Below, piece after piece: positions 15,308 to 26,782 of a stretch of 64,000 nucleotides of DNA. The translations under genes were made by a program, and so were the position numbers. The DNA is from Bacteroidota bacterium (lineage in GTDB: Bacteria; Bacteroidota; Bacteroidia; Bacteroidales; CAIWKO01). Numbering within the stretch: the stretch's first letter is position 1; each line of letters begins with the position of its first letter. The DNA lies in contig JBAXWF010000010.1 in NCBI GenBank assembly GCA_037128515.1, positions 12,742 through 76,741 of the forward strand, given 5' to 3'. The notes under the pieces were generated by a model. That model saw only the letters and a list, made by a program, of their open reading frames with translations, was not told the DNA's origin and did not search any database.

Positions 15308-16552
15308 TTATTCCGCTTTCTTATAAACAAAAGAGACCAAAGTTTTATCGTCGCCACCCATGTTGATGGTTAATCCATACGGACGTTCGGGTTTCATAGT
15401 AATTTGGGCATCGCCGGCTTTTCCGGTTAGTTGTTCCCAAATGGTTACTGCTTGGTGCACTCCAGTAGCTCCGGTGGGGTGACCCCAACCAATCAGCCCA
15501 CCGGTAGTGTTGAATGGTACCAAACCGTTGCGGGCTGTGTTGCCTTCCAGTACGAAATCAGTGCCTTTGCCATGTTCAGCAAAACCAATGGCTTCGGTAG
15601 CCATAATGCCTGCAATGGTAAAACAATCGTGACATTCCACAGTTCCAACCTGATCTTTAGTGATTCCGGCCATCTGCAAAGCATGCTTCACAGCAGCAGC
15701 CGTAGTATCCAAAACCGTTGGATCGGCAGGGGGTTTGGTGATATCGTTTTCGGTTTGTCCGAAACCTTTTACTTCGATGGCATCGTTTTTAGAAATGCCG
15801 CAGCGTTTCAATCCTTCTTCGGAAACAATGGCAATGCCTGAACAGCCATCAGAAACCTTGGAACAATCGAACACATTCAGGTTGTCCACAAAACCTTTTG
15901 GATTCGGTGCCATCATTCCAAGTGCTTCCAAATCTTTAGTTGTATTATGATATTCCTGAGCTGTGGGACACAGACGTGCATTTTCCATGGCATTTACAAA
16001 CCATTTGGCCATAGCCTTACGGGTTTTTTCTTTGCCGAACTTTTCGTAATAGACACCAGCCCTGTCGCTGAACTTTCCGGGAAAGAAATATGCATGACCG
16101 TCTTTGCGTTCTTTGGCCCAGCCGGCTGCCGCTAATATATCAGCACCATATATGGCTTTCACCGTGTTCTGCACTTCCACACCCAAAACCAAAACAACTT
16201 CGGCAGTTTCGGCCAACACCGATTTCATTCCGCTAACCAAAGCCAGGGCACCTGTTCCGCAAGCACCTTCGACTCTAATACAGGGTTTGTATTTTAATCC
16301 TTCATCGATGTATGGGAAAAAGCCAGCCATATTCGCCTGTTTGTTGAAACGAGCTCCAATGAAGTTGCCGACCACACACTCATCCACATTAGCAGCTCCG
16401 CCGATTTGCTTCAACACGCCTTGTCCGGCTTCTTTCAGGTATTCTTCGAGGCCTGGGCGTTCTTTTTTAGGATTGAATTCTTTACGGCCGGTTCCCATAG
16501 AGATGGTGTTGTATCCGGCTACCAAATATATTTTTCTTCTAATTTTTGTCAT
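15308..16552 (-). CDS. Thiolase-family protein (acetyl-CoA acetyltransferase-like)
   Basis: 414 aa with the active-site cysteine context VEGACGTGALAL and a C-terminal thiolase block (GGLIGWGHPTGATG). Confidence 0.85.
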   Translation of the reverse strand: MTKIRRKIYLVAGYNTISMGTGRKEFNPKKERPGLEEYLKEAGQGVLKQIGGAANVDECVVGNFIGARFNKQANMAGFFPYIDEGLKYKPCIRVEGACGTGALALVSGMKSVLAETAEVVLVLGVEVQNTVKAIYGADILAAAGWAKERKDGHAYFFPGKFSDRAGVYYEKFGKEKTRKAMAKWFVNAMENARLCPTAQEYHNTTKDLEALGMMAPNPKGFVDNLNVFDCSKVSDGCSGIAIVSEEGLKRCGISKNDAIEVKGFGQTENDITKPPADPTVLDTTAAAVKHALQMAGITKDQVGTVECHDCFTIAGIMATEAIGFAEHGKGTDFVLEGNTARNGLVPFNTTGGLIGWGHPTGATGVHQAVTIWEQLTGKAGDAQITMKPERPYGLTINMGGDDKTLVSFVYKKAE

Positions 16553-16573
16553 AGCTGTAAATTTAAAAAATTA

Positions 16574-17911
16574 TTAATTCAGATAATCATTGATGGGACC
16601 GTAAGCATGAAAAAATCCGGTAAGCAATACCGTGTTCACATCCTTTTCGGCAAAGGCCACATTGTCGGTAACCAGTTTCTTGCCAATTTCTTTCGATTTC
16701 TTTACATAAGCAGTTGCCAATGTTGTACCCATGGTTGACATAGCGTTTAATTCAGCAAAGTATGTTTTAAATACCTCATCCTTTTTAGGATCACCCACCA
16801 CAGCTTTCCATGGTTTGACAGAAGCAGGTAAAGCGCCCAAAACGCTATCACATTTGGCTGCAATGTCAGTTACTGCAATATATGCCTTTTTTTCGGGATC
16901 AAAGATACCAACCACATGACCTTTTTCATATTTAAGAAATCCATCCTTTTGGGAACCGTCAGAGTTCTGACCTCCTTTAACATTCATTTCAATAAAACTG
17001 TCCAATAAAGGGCTGTGAATATTTTCGTCCTTTACATGTGGTTTCATGACCTTCATAATATATTGACAAACGTCGATACCAACATAATCAATTAACTGAA
17101 AAATGCCCATGGGACGAATCATAAAATCCTGGGTAACGCGGTTGATACAATACACGGCTTCAACAAACGACATCTGATTGGTGAGTTTCATCGCTTCACT
17201 CATACCATACAATGCATCTCTCATAAAATGTCCGTTGCCGATAAATCCGGCAAAATCATTGGACGGAACCTCGATCTTTCTCAGACTTTTAATAAACATG
17301 GTCGCAAATTCAGGTAGTTCTGTATTGGTGTTATCGGTTTTAATAACTTCTACCAATTTCTGCACTGCAGGAGGATTGTAGAAATGCACACCCAGCACCC
17401 GTCCTTCCAGTTTGGCTTCTTTATCCAGATAACCTATTGGAATGGAAGAAGTGTTGGTAAAGAACCAGGGTTTGTTGGCATTGTTCTGATTGATTTGCGA
17501 GAACATCTTGATTTTGAGATCAGGATTTTCGCTGGCAGCTTCGAAAACTATAGTTGATTCGTAAGCTGACTCAATTGTAGTTACGGGACGAATGATACTC
17601 ATTACATCTTTTACATACTGATCGATAATATCGCTGTTTTCAATCAGGTCTTTGCGATCGGCATAGATATGACGCAAAGCCACGGCTTTCTTTTCAGCCT
17701 GTTTTACCACTTGTCCCTGTATGTATTTCATCAGTCCGGCAAGGCCTTTTTGGCTGATATCCATGGCATACAGAACAAACAGTTTGTCTTTGTTTTCGGG
17801 TTTCAGACTCAAATCAGCCATTTCGATGGCTGTAAGCAAGAGGATACCACTGCCCATTTTTCCGGCAGCACCTAATACTGTTACATTTTGAAGTTTTTCT
17901 ACATAATTCAT
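16574..17911 (-). CDS. 3-hydroxyacyl-CoA dehydrogenase family protein (long form)
   Basis: 445 aa with an N-terminal Rossmann motif VTVLGAAGKMGSGI and the HFYNPP block characteristic of 3HCDH enzymes. Confidence 0.85.
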   Translation of the reverse strand: MNYVEKLQNVTVLGAAGKMGSGILLLTAIEMADLSLKPENKDKLFVLYAMDISQKGLAGLMKYIQGQVVKQAEKKAVALRHIYADRKDLIENSDIIDQYVKDVMSIIRPVTTIESAYESTIVFEAASENPDLKIKMFSQINQNNANKPWFFTNTSSIPIGYLDKEAKLEGRVLGVHFYNPPAVQKLVEVIKTDNTNTELPEFATMFIKSLRKIEVPSNDFAGFIGNGHFMRDALYGMSEAMKLTNQMSFVEAVYCINRVTQDFMIRPMGIFQLIDYVGIDVCQYIMKVMKPHVKDENIHSPLLDSFIEMNVKGGQNSDGSQKDGFLKYEKGHVVGIFDPEKKAYIAVTDIAAKCDSVLGALPASVKPWKAVVGDPKKDEVFKTYFAELNAMSTMGTTLATAYVKKSKEIGKKLVTDNVAFAEKDVNTVLLTGFFHAYGPINDYLN

Positions 17912-17980
17912 ATGGGGTACTTTTTATTATTATTTGCTTTGTTATTTTTTTATCGTTTGTTTTAATTGAATTTTGGATTT

Positions 17981-18748
17981 TCACCAGTTTGGCTTCCTTT
18001 TTTCCAGGAAAGCGCGCATGCCTTCGGCGCCTTCATTGCCGAACAAGGAACCAAACTCTTTTGATTCGAGTTCGCTGCCACTTACAAAGTCGGTGTGCAT
18101 TCCGGCGCGGGTTACTTTCTTAATCTTTTTAACGGCCTGAGGTCCTTTGCCGGCAATTTTTGTTGCCATGGCTATGGCTTCAGGTATAAGCTGATCGGGT
18201 TCAACAACTTTTTGCACCAGTCCCATTCTCAAGGCTTCTTCGGCATTAATCATATCGGCTGTGCACAGCAAATATAAGGCATTCGAAAGTCCCACCAATC
18301 GCGGGAGCCGCTGAGTGGCAGCATATCCGGGGATGAGTCCAAGGTTCACTTCCGGCTGACCAAATTTGGCAAAGGTGCTGGCAATGCGGAAATCGCATCC
18401 CATAGCCAGTTCGCAACCACCACCCAAAGCAAAACCATTGATGGCGGCAATGACTGGTATATCCATTTTTTCGAGGTTACTAAATGTATTTTGACCTATT
18501 CTTGAAAAATTGCTACCTTGTTCGCTGTTCATGTCAACCATTTCGGCAATGTCGGCACCGGCCACAAAAGCTTTGCCTTCGCCGGTGAGTATCATCACTC
18601 TGATTTCATCTCTTTTGGAAATTTCGGCAATCATTTGGTCCATTTCCTGAAAAAACCTTGTATTGAGGGCATTCATGGCTTGTGGACGGCTGATAGTAAC
18701 AATTGCGATAGCGTCTTTAACCTCGAGTTTTAAAATTTCATAATCCAT
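17981..18748 (-). CDS. Enoyl-CoA hydratase (crotonase)
   Basis: 255 aa with a crotonase-fold signature (FVAGADI, AAINGFALGGGCELA). Confidence 0.9.
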   Translation of the reverse strand: MDYEILKLEVKDAIAIVTISRPQAMNALNTRFFQEMDQMIAEISKRDEIRVMILTGEGKAFVAGADIAEMVDMNSEQGSNFSRIGQNTFSNLEKMDIPVIAAINGFALGGGCELAMGCDFRIASTFAKFGQPEVNLGLIPGYAATQRLPRLVGLSNALYLLCTADMINAEEALRMGLVQKVVEPDQLIPEAIAMATKIAGKGPQAVKKIKKVTRAGMHTDFVSGSELESKEFGSLFGNEGAEGMRAFLEKRKPNW

Positions 18749-18765
18749 ATTCCTTGATTTTACAT

Positions 18766-19839
18766 TTATACATACTCTTTAACTTCAATTTCATGATTCA
18801 ATGCCATAAAACCATTATGTGCCATAGCTTCCATTTCATTTTCTCCTGCATAAATTTTAACAGGAGCTAAATGAGAAACCCTTTCCATGATATCATTAAC
18901 AATTACAGTACTGTATGCTAATCCACCGGTGAGTAAAATGGCATCTATTTCACCTTTCAATACCGTGCCTAATGCGCCAATTTCTTTTGCAACCTGATAT
19001 GAAAGGGCGGAATAGATGAGTTGTGCGTTGGTATCGCCTTCGTTAATTCTTTTTTCAATTTCAATAGCATCATTTGTTCCGAGATATCCTTTAAGTCCTC
19101 CATTTCCTTTGATTTTTTTTAGTATTTCAGCTTTGGTAAAATCTCCGGAGAAACACATTTCTACCAGTTGACCAACGGGTAATCCACCGGTTCGTTCGGG
19201 CGACATGGGGCCATCGCCATTTAAACCATTATTTACATCAATAATTCGGCCTTTATAATGCGCTCCAACTGAAATGCCACCACCCATATGAACAACAACA
19301 ACATTTATTTCTTCGTATTTTTTCCCAACTTCGTGAGCATATTTTCTTCCGGCAGCGCGTTGATTCAGGGCGTGTAAAAAACTTTTCCGAGATATTTCGG
19401 GCATGCCCGAAACTCGCGCTACATCCTCCATCTCATCAATACACGTGGGGTCTACAATAATAGCTCTCACTTTATGGCCTATTTCTTTGGCAAGTGCATC
19501 GGCTATCAACCCACCCAGGTTTGATTCGTGTTCGCCCATTGGGTTTCTGATATCGCGCAACATGGCTTCATTCACCTTATAAGCTCCTCCTGATATGGGT
19601 TTCAATAATCCACCACGACCTACAACAATTTTAATCTTGGATAATTCAATACCTGCTTTATAAAGTTCTTCCTTTACCATATTTTTCCTGTATTCAAATT
19701 GATCGGCGATGCGTTCAAAAGAGGATAGGATTTCTTGTTGATGCACAACACTAATCATGAAAATTTGGCTTCGGTTTTTAAATACAGCAATCTTGGTTGA
19801 TGTGGAACCGGGATTAATAACTAAAATTAAATTTGACAT
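18766..19839 (-). CDS. buk: Butyrate kinase
   Basis: 357 aa. The N-terminus ILVINPGSTSTKIA and the VHMGGGISV and LTGGLAYS blocks are typical of Buk (ASKHA fold). Confidence 0.93.
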   Translation of the reverse strand: MSNLILVINPGSTSTKIAVFKNRSQIFMISVVHQQEILSSFERIADQFEYRKNMVKEELYKAGIELSKIKIVVGRGGLLKPISGGAYKVNEAMLRDIRNPMGEHESNLGGLIADALAKEIGHKVRAIIVDPTCIDEMEDVARVSGMPEISRKSFLHALNQRAAGRKYAHEVGKKYEEINVVVVHMGGGISVGAHYKGRIIDVNNGLNGDGPMSPERTGGLPVGQLVEMCFSGDFTKAEILKKIKGNGGLKGYLGTNDAIEIEKRINEGDTNAQLIYSALSYQVAKEIGALGTVLKGEIDAILLTGGLAYSTVIVNDIMERVSHLAPVKIYAGENEMEAMAHNGFMALNHEIEVKEYV

Positions 19840-19872
19840 AACTTTTTATAAATGAATTTTATTGCGCGATAA

Positions 19873-19880
19873 CAAATTTA
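19873..19880 (-). promoter_or_regulatory. Bacteroidota -7 promoter box (TAAATTTG on the minus strand) for the buk operon
   Basis: CAAATTTA on +, 34 nt upstream of the buk start at 19839. Confidence 0.4.
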
Positions 19881-20050
19881 ATAAATTATTTGAATAAAAA
19901 AGAAATGTTTTACAAATAAATGAGAAATTGAGCTTACATTTTATATTTTATGAAATTTTAACGTTTTTTATTTTCAATGTTTATCATAAAGCTTGATATA
20001 TAATACTTGATATTCAATAGATTTAACATCATTTAAGAATTCCGTTCAAA

Positions 20051-20062
20051 TTGCAATTGCAA
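20051..20062. promoter_or_regulatory. Perfect 12-bp palindrome TTGCAATTGCAA (candidate operator) in the buk/icmF divergent region
   Basis: Two abutting TTGCAA hexamers at 20051-20062 and a third TTGCAA at 20088-20093. They lie just upstream of a near-consensus -7 box TATCTTTA (20071-20078) facing icmF. Confidence 0.3.
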
Positions 20063-20146
20063 AGTTTTTATATCTTTACGACCTCATTTGCAATTATTAT
20101 TACAATATATCAATAGGTGAATAACTGATTTTGAAAAAACTAATCT

Positions 20147-23100
20147 ATGCAGTCAACACAAATTTACAAGCCGAAAAACCACATCCGAATTGTTACAGCA
20201 GCATCTTTGTTCGATGGACACGATGCTTCTATTAATGTGATGCGCCGAATTATTCAATCAACCGGTGCCGAAGTAATTCATTTAGGGCACAACCGGTCGG
20301 TGCAAGAAATTGTTGATTGTGCAGTGCAGGAAGATGTGCAAGCTATTGCTGTTACGTCGTATCAGGGTGGGCATATCGAGTTTTTTAAATACATGTACGA
20401 CCAACTTAAGGAAAAAGGATTTAATGATATTAAAATATTTGGTGGCGGAGGCGGGGTTATCCTTCCCGAGGAAATAGCAGCATTGGAAGCGTATGGCATC
20501 ACTCGCATTTATTCGCCCGACGATGGCAGAGAAATGGGATTGCAGGGCATGATTAACGATGTGATGGAAAAATCGGACTTTCCGCGTGGTATGGATGTGA
20601 ACGGGTTCGTTGATAAGATTGAAATACAGGATTACAAAGCTATCTCGAAAATGATATCGGCTGTTGAAAATTATCCCGAAATGATTGCCGAAAGTTTGGA
20701 AACAATTAATCAAAAGGCAGCCAAGTCGGAGGTGCCAGTTTTGGGAATTACCGGCACGGGCGGTTCGGGAAAATCATCGCTGGTAGATGAATTTATTCGT
20801 CGGTTTATTCACGATTTTACCGATAAAAAGATTGCGATTGTTTGTGTGGACCCGTCGAAACGCAAAACAGGCGGTGCTTTGTTGGGCGACCGTATTCGCA
20901 TGAACTCCATCAACTGCCCTCGGGTGTTTGTGCGCTCTATGGCAACCCGACAGTCGAATTTGGCTTTATCAAAATATGTGAAAGAAACTATCAATATTTT
21001 GAAAGTTGCCGGTTTTGATTTGGTGATACTCGAAACTTCGGGTATCGGTCAATCGGATACCGAAATTGTGGACCACAGCAATTTGTGTTTGTATGTGATG
21101 ACGCCCGAATATGGTGCTTCATCGCAATTGGAAAAGATTGACATGTTGGAATATGCCGATATGATTGCACTAAACAAGTTCGACAAACGTGGCGGCATGG
21201 ATGCCTTGCGCGATGTGAAAAAACAATATCAACGCAACCATCAATTGTTTGAGGCGCCATTGGACGAAATGCCAGTGTATGGCACCATCGCTTCGCAATT
21301 TAACGATGCCGGAGTAAATCAATTTTACAATGCATTGCTTGATAAGATTAATACCAAACTCGGGCTTAGTTTCATTCCCACATCGGCTTTGGCAGGCGAA
21401 ATCCCCGACAAAATATACATTATTCCGCCTCAGCGAACACGCTATTTGGCCGAAATTTCGGAAACCGTGAGGCATTACAATCAATGGACACAGGAACAGG
21501 CTGGCATTGCACAAAATATGTTTGGTTTGCATCAGTCGATTGCGCTTTTGAGGAATGAAAACGATGTGCAAAATGCGGAACTTATAAAAAAACTTGAGCA
21601 GGCATATAACCAACTGGATGAATTGCTAGATAAACCCAATCGTGCGATTCTGCAAAATTGGGAAAACAAGATTAAATCGTATAAAGACGCGTTCTACATT
21701 TTTAAAGTGCGAGATAAGGAGTTGAGAATTAAAACGCATACCGAAACGCTATCGCATTTGCAGATTCCGAAAATTGCCTTGCCAAAATACACCGCCTGGG
21801 GCGATATTTTGAAATGGAATTTGAAAGAGAATGTGCCTGGCGAATTTCCGTATGTTGCCGGTGTGTTTCCGTTTAAACGCGAAGGCGAAGACCCCACACG
21901 CATGTTTGCCGGTGAAGGGGGCCCCGAACGTACCAACAAACGTTTTCAATACTTATCCAAGGGGTTGCCTGCCAAAAGACTTTCCACTGCTTTTGATTCG
22001 GTGACCTTGTATGGCAACGACCCCAATATGCGTCCCGATATTTATGGTAAAATAGGCAATTCGGGTGTTTCCATTTCATGTTTGGACGATGCCAAAAAGC
22101 TGTATTCCGGCTTTAACCTATCCGACCCCAACACTTCGGTTTCGATGACCATCAACGGGCCGGCTCCTATTATGGTTGGTTATTTTATGAATGCCGCCAT
22201 TGATCAGCAATGCGAGGTTTATATCCGTGAAAACGGTTTGGAAAACGAAGTGGAACAAAAAATTAAGGAACTGTTCGGCAAAAAAGGAGTGGAGCGCCCC
22301 AAATATCAGGAAGAACTTCCCGAGGGAAACAACGGACTGGGGTTGATGTTGCTGGGCGTTACGGGCGATGAGGTTTTGCCTGTGGATGTGTATCAAAACA
22401 TTAAAGAATGTACGCTCGCTTCCGTTCGCGGAACCGTGCAGGCCGATATTCTGAAAGAAGACCAGGGACAAAACACTTGTATTTTTTCAACGGATTTTTC
22501 GCTGAAACTGATGGGCGATGTGCAGGAATATTTTATCCATAACAATGTGCGCAATTTTTACTCGGTTTCCATTTCGGGCTATCATATTGCTGAAGCTGGC
22601 GCCAACCCTATCTCGCAACTGGCGTTTACACTGGCAAACGGCTTCACGTATGTGGAGTATTATTTGTCGCGGGGGATGGACATCGATAAATTTGCTCCCA
22701 ATTTGTCGTTCTTTTTCTCGAACGGTATCGACATCGAGTTTTCGGTGATTGGCCGCGTGGCCCGCTCCATTTGGGCCAAAACCATGAAAAATAAATACAA
22801 AGCCAATTTTCGTTCGCAACAGCTAAAATATCATATCCAAACTTCGGGGCGTTCGCTGCATGCACAGGAGATAGGGTTCAACGACATACGCACCACATTG
22901 CAAGCGTTGTACGCTATTTACGACAACTGCAACTCCCTGCACACAAACGCTTATGACGAAGCCATTACCACCCCCACCGAGGAATCGGTGCGCCGAGCCA
23001 TGGCCATTCAAATGATTATTAATCATGAACTGGGATTGGCAAAAAATCAGAATCCCAATCAGGGTTCCTTCATCATCGAAGAACTTACGGAACTGGTGGA

Positions 23101-23527
23101 AGAGGCTGTGATGGCCGAATTCGACCGTATTTCGGAACGTGGCGGTGTGTTGGGAGCTATGGAAACGGCTTATCAGCGAAGCAAAATTCAAGACGAATCT
23201 TTGTATTACGAAACCCTGAAACATACCGGCGAATTGCCCATAATGGGTGTGAACACGTTTTTATCCACGGAAGGCTCGCCCACCTTGGTGCCAGGCGAGG
23301 TGATACGCTCCACCGAAACCGAAAAGCAATATCAGATTGCGATGCTTGGGGAGTTGCATAAACTGCATGAGGATAAGGTATCGCACGTTTTGACCGACCT
23401 GAAACACGCGGCTTTCCGTAACGAAAATATTTTTGAGAAAATTATGGAAATTTCGAAATATTGTTCTATTGGGCAAATCACTACTGCTTTATATGAGGTG
23501 GGAGGGCAGTATCGGAGGAATATGTAG
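20147..23527 (+). CDS. icmF: Fused isobutyryl-CoA mutase (B12-binding domain, MeaB-like GTPase, mutase catalytic domain)
   Basis: 1126 aa. The N-terminus [22 protein letters not shown] carries the DxHxxG-type B12 motif. The P-loop [13 protein letters not shown] and NKFD match a G3E GTPase. The C-terminal ~550 aa is a methylmalonyl-CoA-mutase-like barrel. Confidence 0.93.
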   Translation: MQSTQIYKPKNHIRIVTAASLFDGHDASINVMRRIIQSTGAEVIHLGHNRSVQEIVDCAVQEDVQAIAVTSYQGGHIEFFKYMYDQLKEKGFNDIKIFGGGGGVILPEEIAALEAYGITRIYSPDDGREMGLQGMINDVMEKSDFPRGMDVNGFVDKIEIQDYKAISKMISAVENYPEMIAESLETINQKAAKSEVPVLGITGTGGSGKSSLVDEFIRRFIHDFTDKKIAIVCVDPSKRKTGGALLGDRIRMNSINCPRVFVRSMATRQSNLALSKYVKETINILKVAGFDLVILETSGIGQSDTEIVDHSNLCLYVMTPEYGASSQLEKIDMLEYADMIALNKFDKRGGMDALRDVKKQYQRNHQLFEAPLDEMPVYGTIASQFNDAGVNQFYNALLDKINTKLGLSFIPTSALAGEIPDKIYIIPPQRTRYLAEISETVRHYNQWTQEQAGIAQNMFGLHQSIALLRNENDVQNAELIKKLEQAYNQLDELLDKPNRAILQNWENKIKSYKDAFYIFKVRDKELRIKTHTETLSHLQIPKIALPKYTAWGDILKWNLKENVPGEFPYVAGVFPFKREGEDPTRMFAGEGGPERTNKRFQYLSKGLPAKRLSTAFDSVTLYGNDPNMRPDIYGKIGNSGVSISCLDDAKKLYSGFNLSDPNTSVSMTINGPAPIMVGYFMNAAIDQQCEVYIRENGLENEVEQKIKELFGKKGVERPKYQEELPEGNNGLGLMLLGVTGDEVLPVDVYQNIKECTLASVRGTVQADILKEDQGQNTCIFSTDFSLKLMGDVQEYFIHNNVRNFYSVSISGYHIAEAGANPISQLAFTLANGFTYVEYYLSRGMDIDKFAPNLSFFFSNGIDIEFSVIGRVARSIWAKTMKNKYKANFRSQQLKYHIQTSGRSLHAQEIGFNDIRTTLQALYAIYDNCNSLHTNAYDEAITTPTEESVRRAMAIQMIINHELGLAKNQNPNQGSFIIEELTELVEEAVMAEFDRISERGGVLGAMETAYQRSKIQDESLYYETLKHTGELPIMGVNTFLSTEGSPTLVPGEVIRSTETEKQYQIAMLGELHKLHEDKVSHVLTDLKHAAFRNENIFEKIMEISKYCSIGQITTALYEVGGQYRRNM

Positions 23528-23620
23528 GGGGTGGAAGGCTTTTAGGCATTTAGATTTTAGGAAAGGGGAGGCAGTGCCTCATTTTATAAACCGACGGAGG
23601 CACAGCCTTACGTCGAACGG
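23528..23620 (+). repeat. REP-like intergenic element, copy 2
   Basis: GGCTTTTAGGCATTTAGATTTTAGGAAAGGGGAGGCAGTGCCTCATTTTATAAACCGACGGAGGCACAGCCTTACGTCGAACGG. AGGCAGTGCCTC (23569-23580) can pair with GAGGCACAGCCT (23597-23608) with one mismatch. Confidence 0.7.
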
Positions 23621-23740
23621 TTATCTATCTTAAAGTCACCCGGTGAGTTTAATAACGCTTTGGTTAATTGGTTTTTTAGGTTTGTTGAAACGAATTTTAA
23701 GGGTTTATTATCATAACTGACTGTTTTGAACATAAATAAT

Positions 23741-24036
23741 CGTTTTTTATACCTGGAAAGCTCAGAATATTCTTGAGAATGTACAGCAGATTCATGAGAA
23801 TGTTGAGCACTTTCCTGAGAAAGTTAAGCGATATTTGAATGGTAGGTGTTATTTTCCGAATCAAAAAAAATAGCAACCACAGAAAACGGCGGCAGATAAA
23901 ATGCTGATGAAAAAAGATGGGCTGTTAAAAGGGTTTTGACTGTTAGACGCAAGGGGGTGATTACGAAAACAAGGGTTTCAGCGTGCGAACCCAATGAATA
24001 TTTAACCCTCATGTGCTGTTGAAAAAAAACTAACAA
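23741..24036 (-). pseudogene. Decayed paralog of gene 9377-10120 (N-terminal block plus three 21-bp repeats, no C-terminal domain)
   Basis: A 27-nt block at 23966-23992 is identical to 10067-10093, and AACCACAGAAAAC(G/C)G recurs. The 70-aa ORF MLVFFQQHMRVKYSLGSHAETLV... parallels MYPIFQYLIGSHAETLV.... A shifted frame downstream reads LRKVLNILMNLLYILKNILSFP, which parallels LETKLQNLLTEIYNDIP. Confidence 0.5.
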
Positions 24037-24061
24037 TTCTTATGGGCTCCTATTCAATTAA

Positions 24062-25708
<1,647 letters not shown>

Positions 25709-25717
25709 CACACGTTT

Positions 25718-26734
25718 ATGCAGTTTGCCGAAAATTTTTCTTTAAAAGAGCTGAATACATTTGGAATGGATGTAAAAGCTACTTTTTATTACGAATTAAA
25801 TTCGAAAAGCGAACTGGTGGACCTACTACAGGCTATGCAAAAAAACCAAAAACCGGTTTTATTTCTTGGAGGCGGTAGCAATATCTTATTTACCAAAGAT
25901 TTTGATGGCTATGTAGTACGAATTGTTTCGAAAGGCATTGAAATTGTTGAATCCAATGAATGTAACTGCTATGTGAAAGTGCAAGCTGGCGAAGCCTGGG
26001 ACAGTTTAATTGCATTTTGTTTAAAGCAGAATTTATATGGACTCGAAAACCTCACAGGTATTCCGGGAAGCGTGGGCAGTTCGCCGATACAAAATATAGG
26101 AGCTTATGGAGTTGAAGTTAAAGATTGCATTCATCAAGTAAATTTTACACGAATTGAAGATGGTAAGGATTTTGAATTGAATGTCAACGAATGCCACTTT
26201 GGATATCGCGACAGCATCTTTAAACGTGAATTAAAAGGCAAAGTGGTGATAACATCCGTGGTTTTTTGTTTATCCAAACAAGCCAAATTTGTGCTAAATT
26301 ACGGAGGTGTTGCCGATGAAGTTAACTCGCTGTCAAAAGATAATGTTACTTTAAGAACGGTGAGCGAAGCAATAGTTCGAATACGTAACCGCAAAATTCC
26401 CGACCCAAAAGTACTCGGTTCTGCTGGCAGTTTCTTTAAAAATCCCATAATTACGAAAAATGCATTTGATGAACTTATAGCGAAATTTCCAAAAATGATT
26501 TCGTATAAAATTTCAGAACAATCGTATAAAATTGCTGCGGCTTGGTTGATTGAACAATGCGGTTGGAAAGGCTATCGTAAAAATGATGCCGGAGTGAGCG
26601 AAACCCAACCTTTGATTTTAGTAAATTTTGGAAATGCATCCGGCCACCACATTTTCCTCTTGTCGCAAAAGGTTCAACAAAGTGTTTTTAAGAAATTTAG
26701 TATTATTATAGAGCCCGAAGTAAATATTCTATAA
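25718..26734 (+). CDS. murB: UDP-N-acetylenolpyruvoylglucosamine reductase
   Basis: 338 aa with an FAD-binding PCMH domain (LGGGSNILF) and a MurB C-terminal block (GSFFKNP, AAWLIEQCGWKG). Confidence 0.93.
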   Translation: MQFAENFSLKELNTFGMDVKATFYYELNSKSELVDLLQAMQKNQKPVLFLGGGSNILFTKDFDGYVVRIVSKGIEIVESNECNCYVKVQAGEAWDSLIAFCLKQNLYGLENLTGIPGSVGSSPIQNIGAYGVEVKDCIHQVNFTRIEDGKDFELNVNECHFGYRDSIFKRELKGKVVITSVVFCLSKQAKFVLNYGGVADEVNSLSKDNVTLRTVSEAIVRIRNRKIPDPKVLGSAGSFFKNPIITKNAFDELIAKFPKMISYKISEQSYKIAAAWLIEQCGWKGYRKNDAGVSETQPLILVNFGNASGHHIFLLSQKVQQSVFKKFSIIIEPEVNIL

Positions 26735-26761
26735 TATTAAAATTGGAATGTTTATAATTCG

Positions 26762-26769
26762 TAATTTTG
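26762..26769 (+). promoter_or_regulatory. Bacteroidota -7 promoter box (TAATTTTG)
   Basis: TAnnTTTG match 14 nt upstream of the GTG start at 26783. Confidence 0.4.
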
Positions 26770-26782
26770 CAAGAAAATTTCT

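Noticed and set aside
19840-20146. Cobalamin riboswitch upstream of the B12-dependent icmF.
   Set aside because: No B12-box-like GCCACTG core or the accompanying GGGAA/GGTG elements are present. The region is very AT-rich and looks like a plain divergent promoter.
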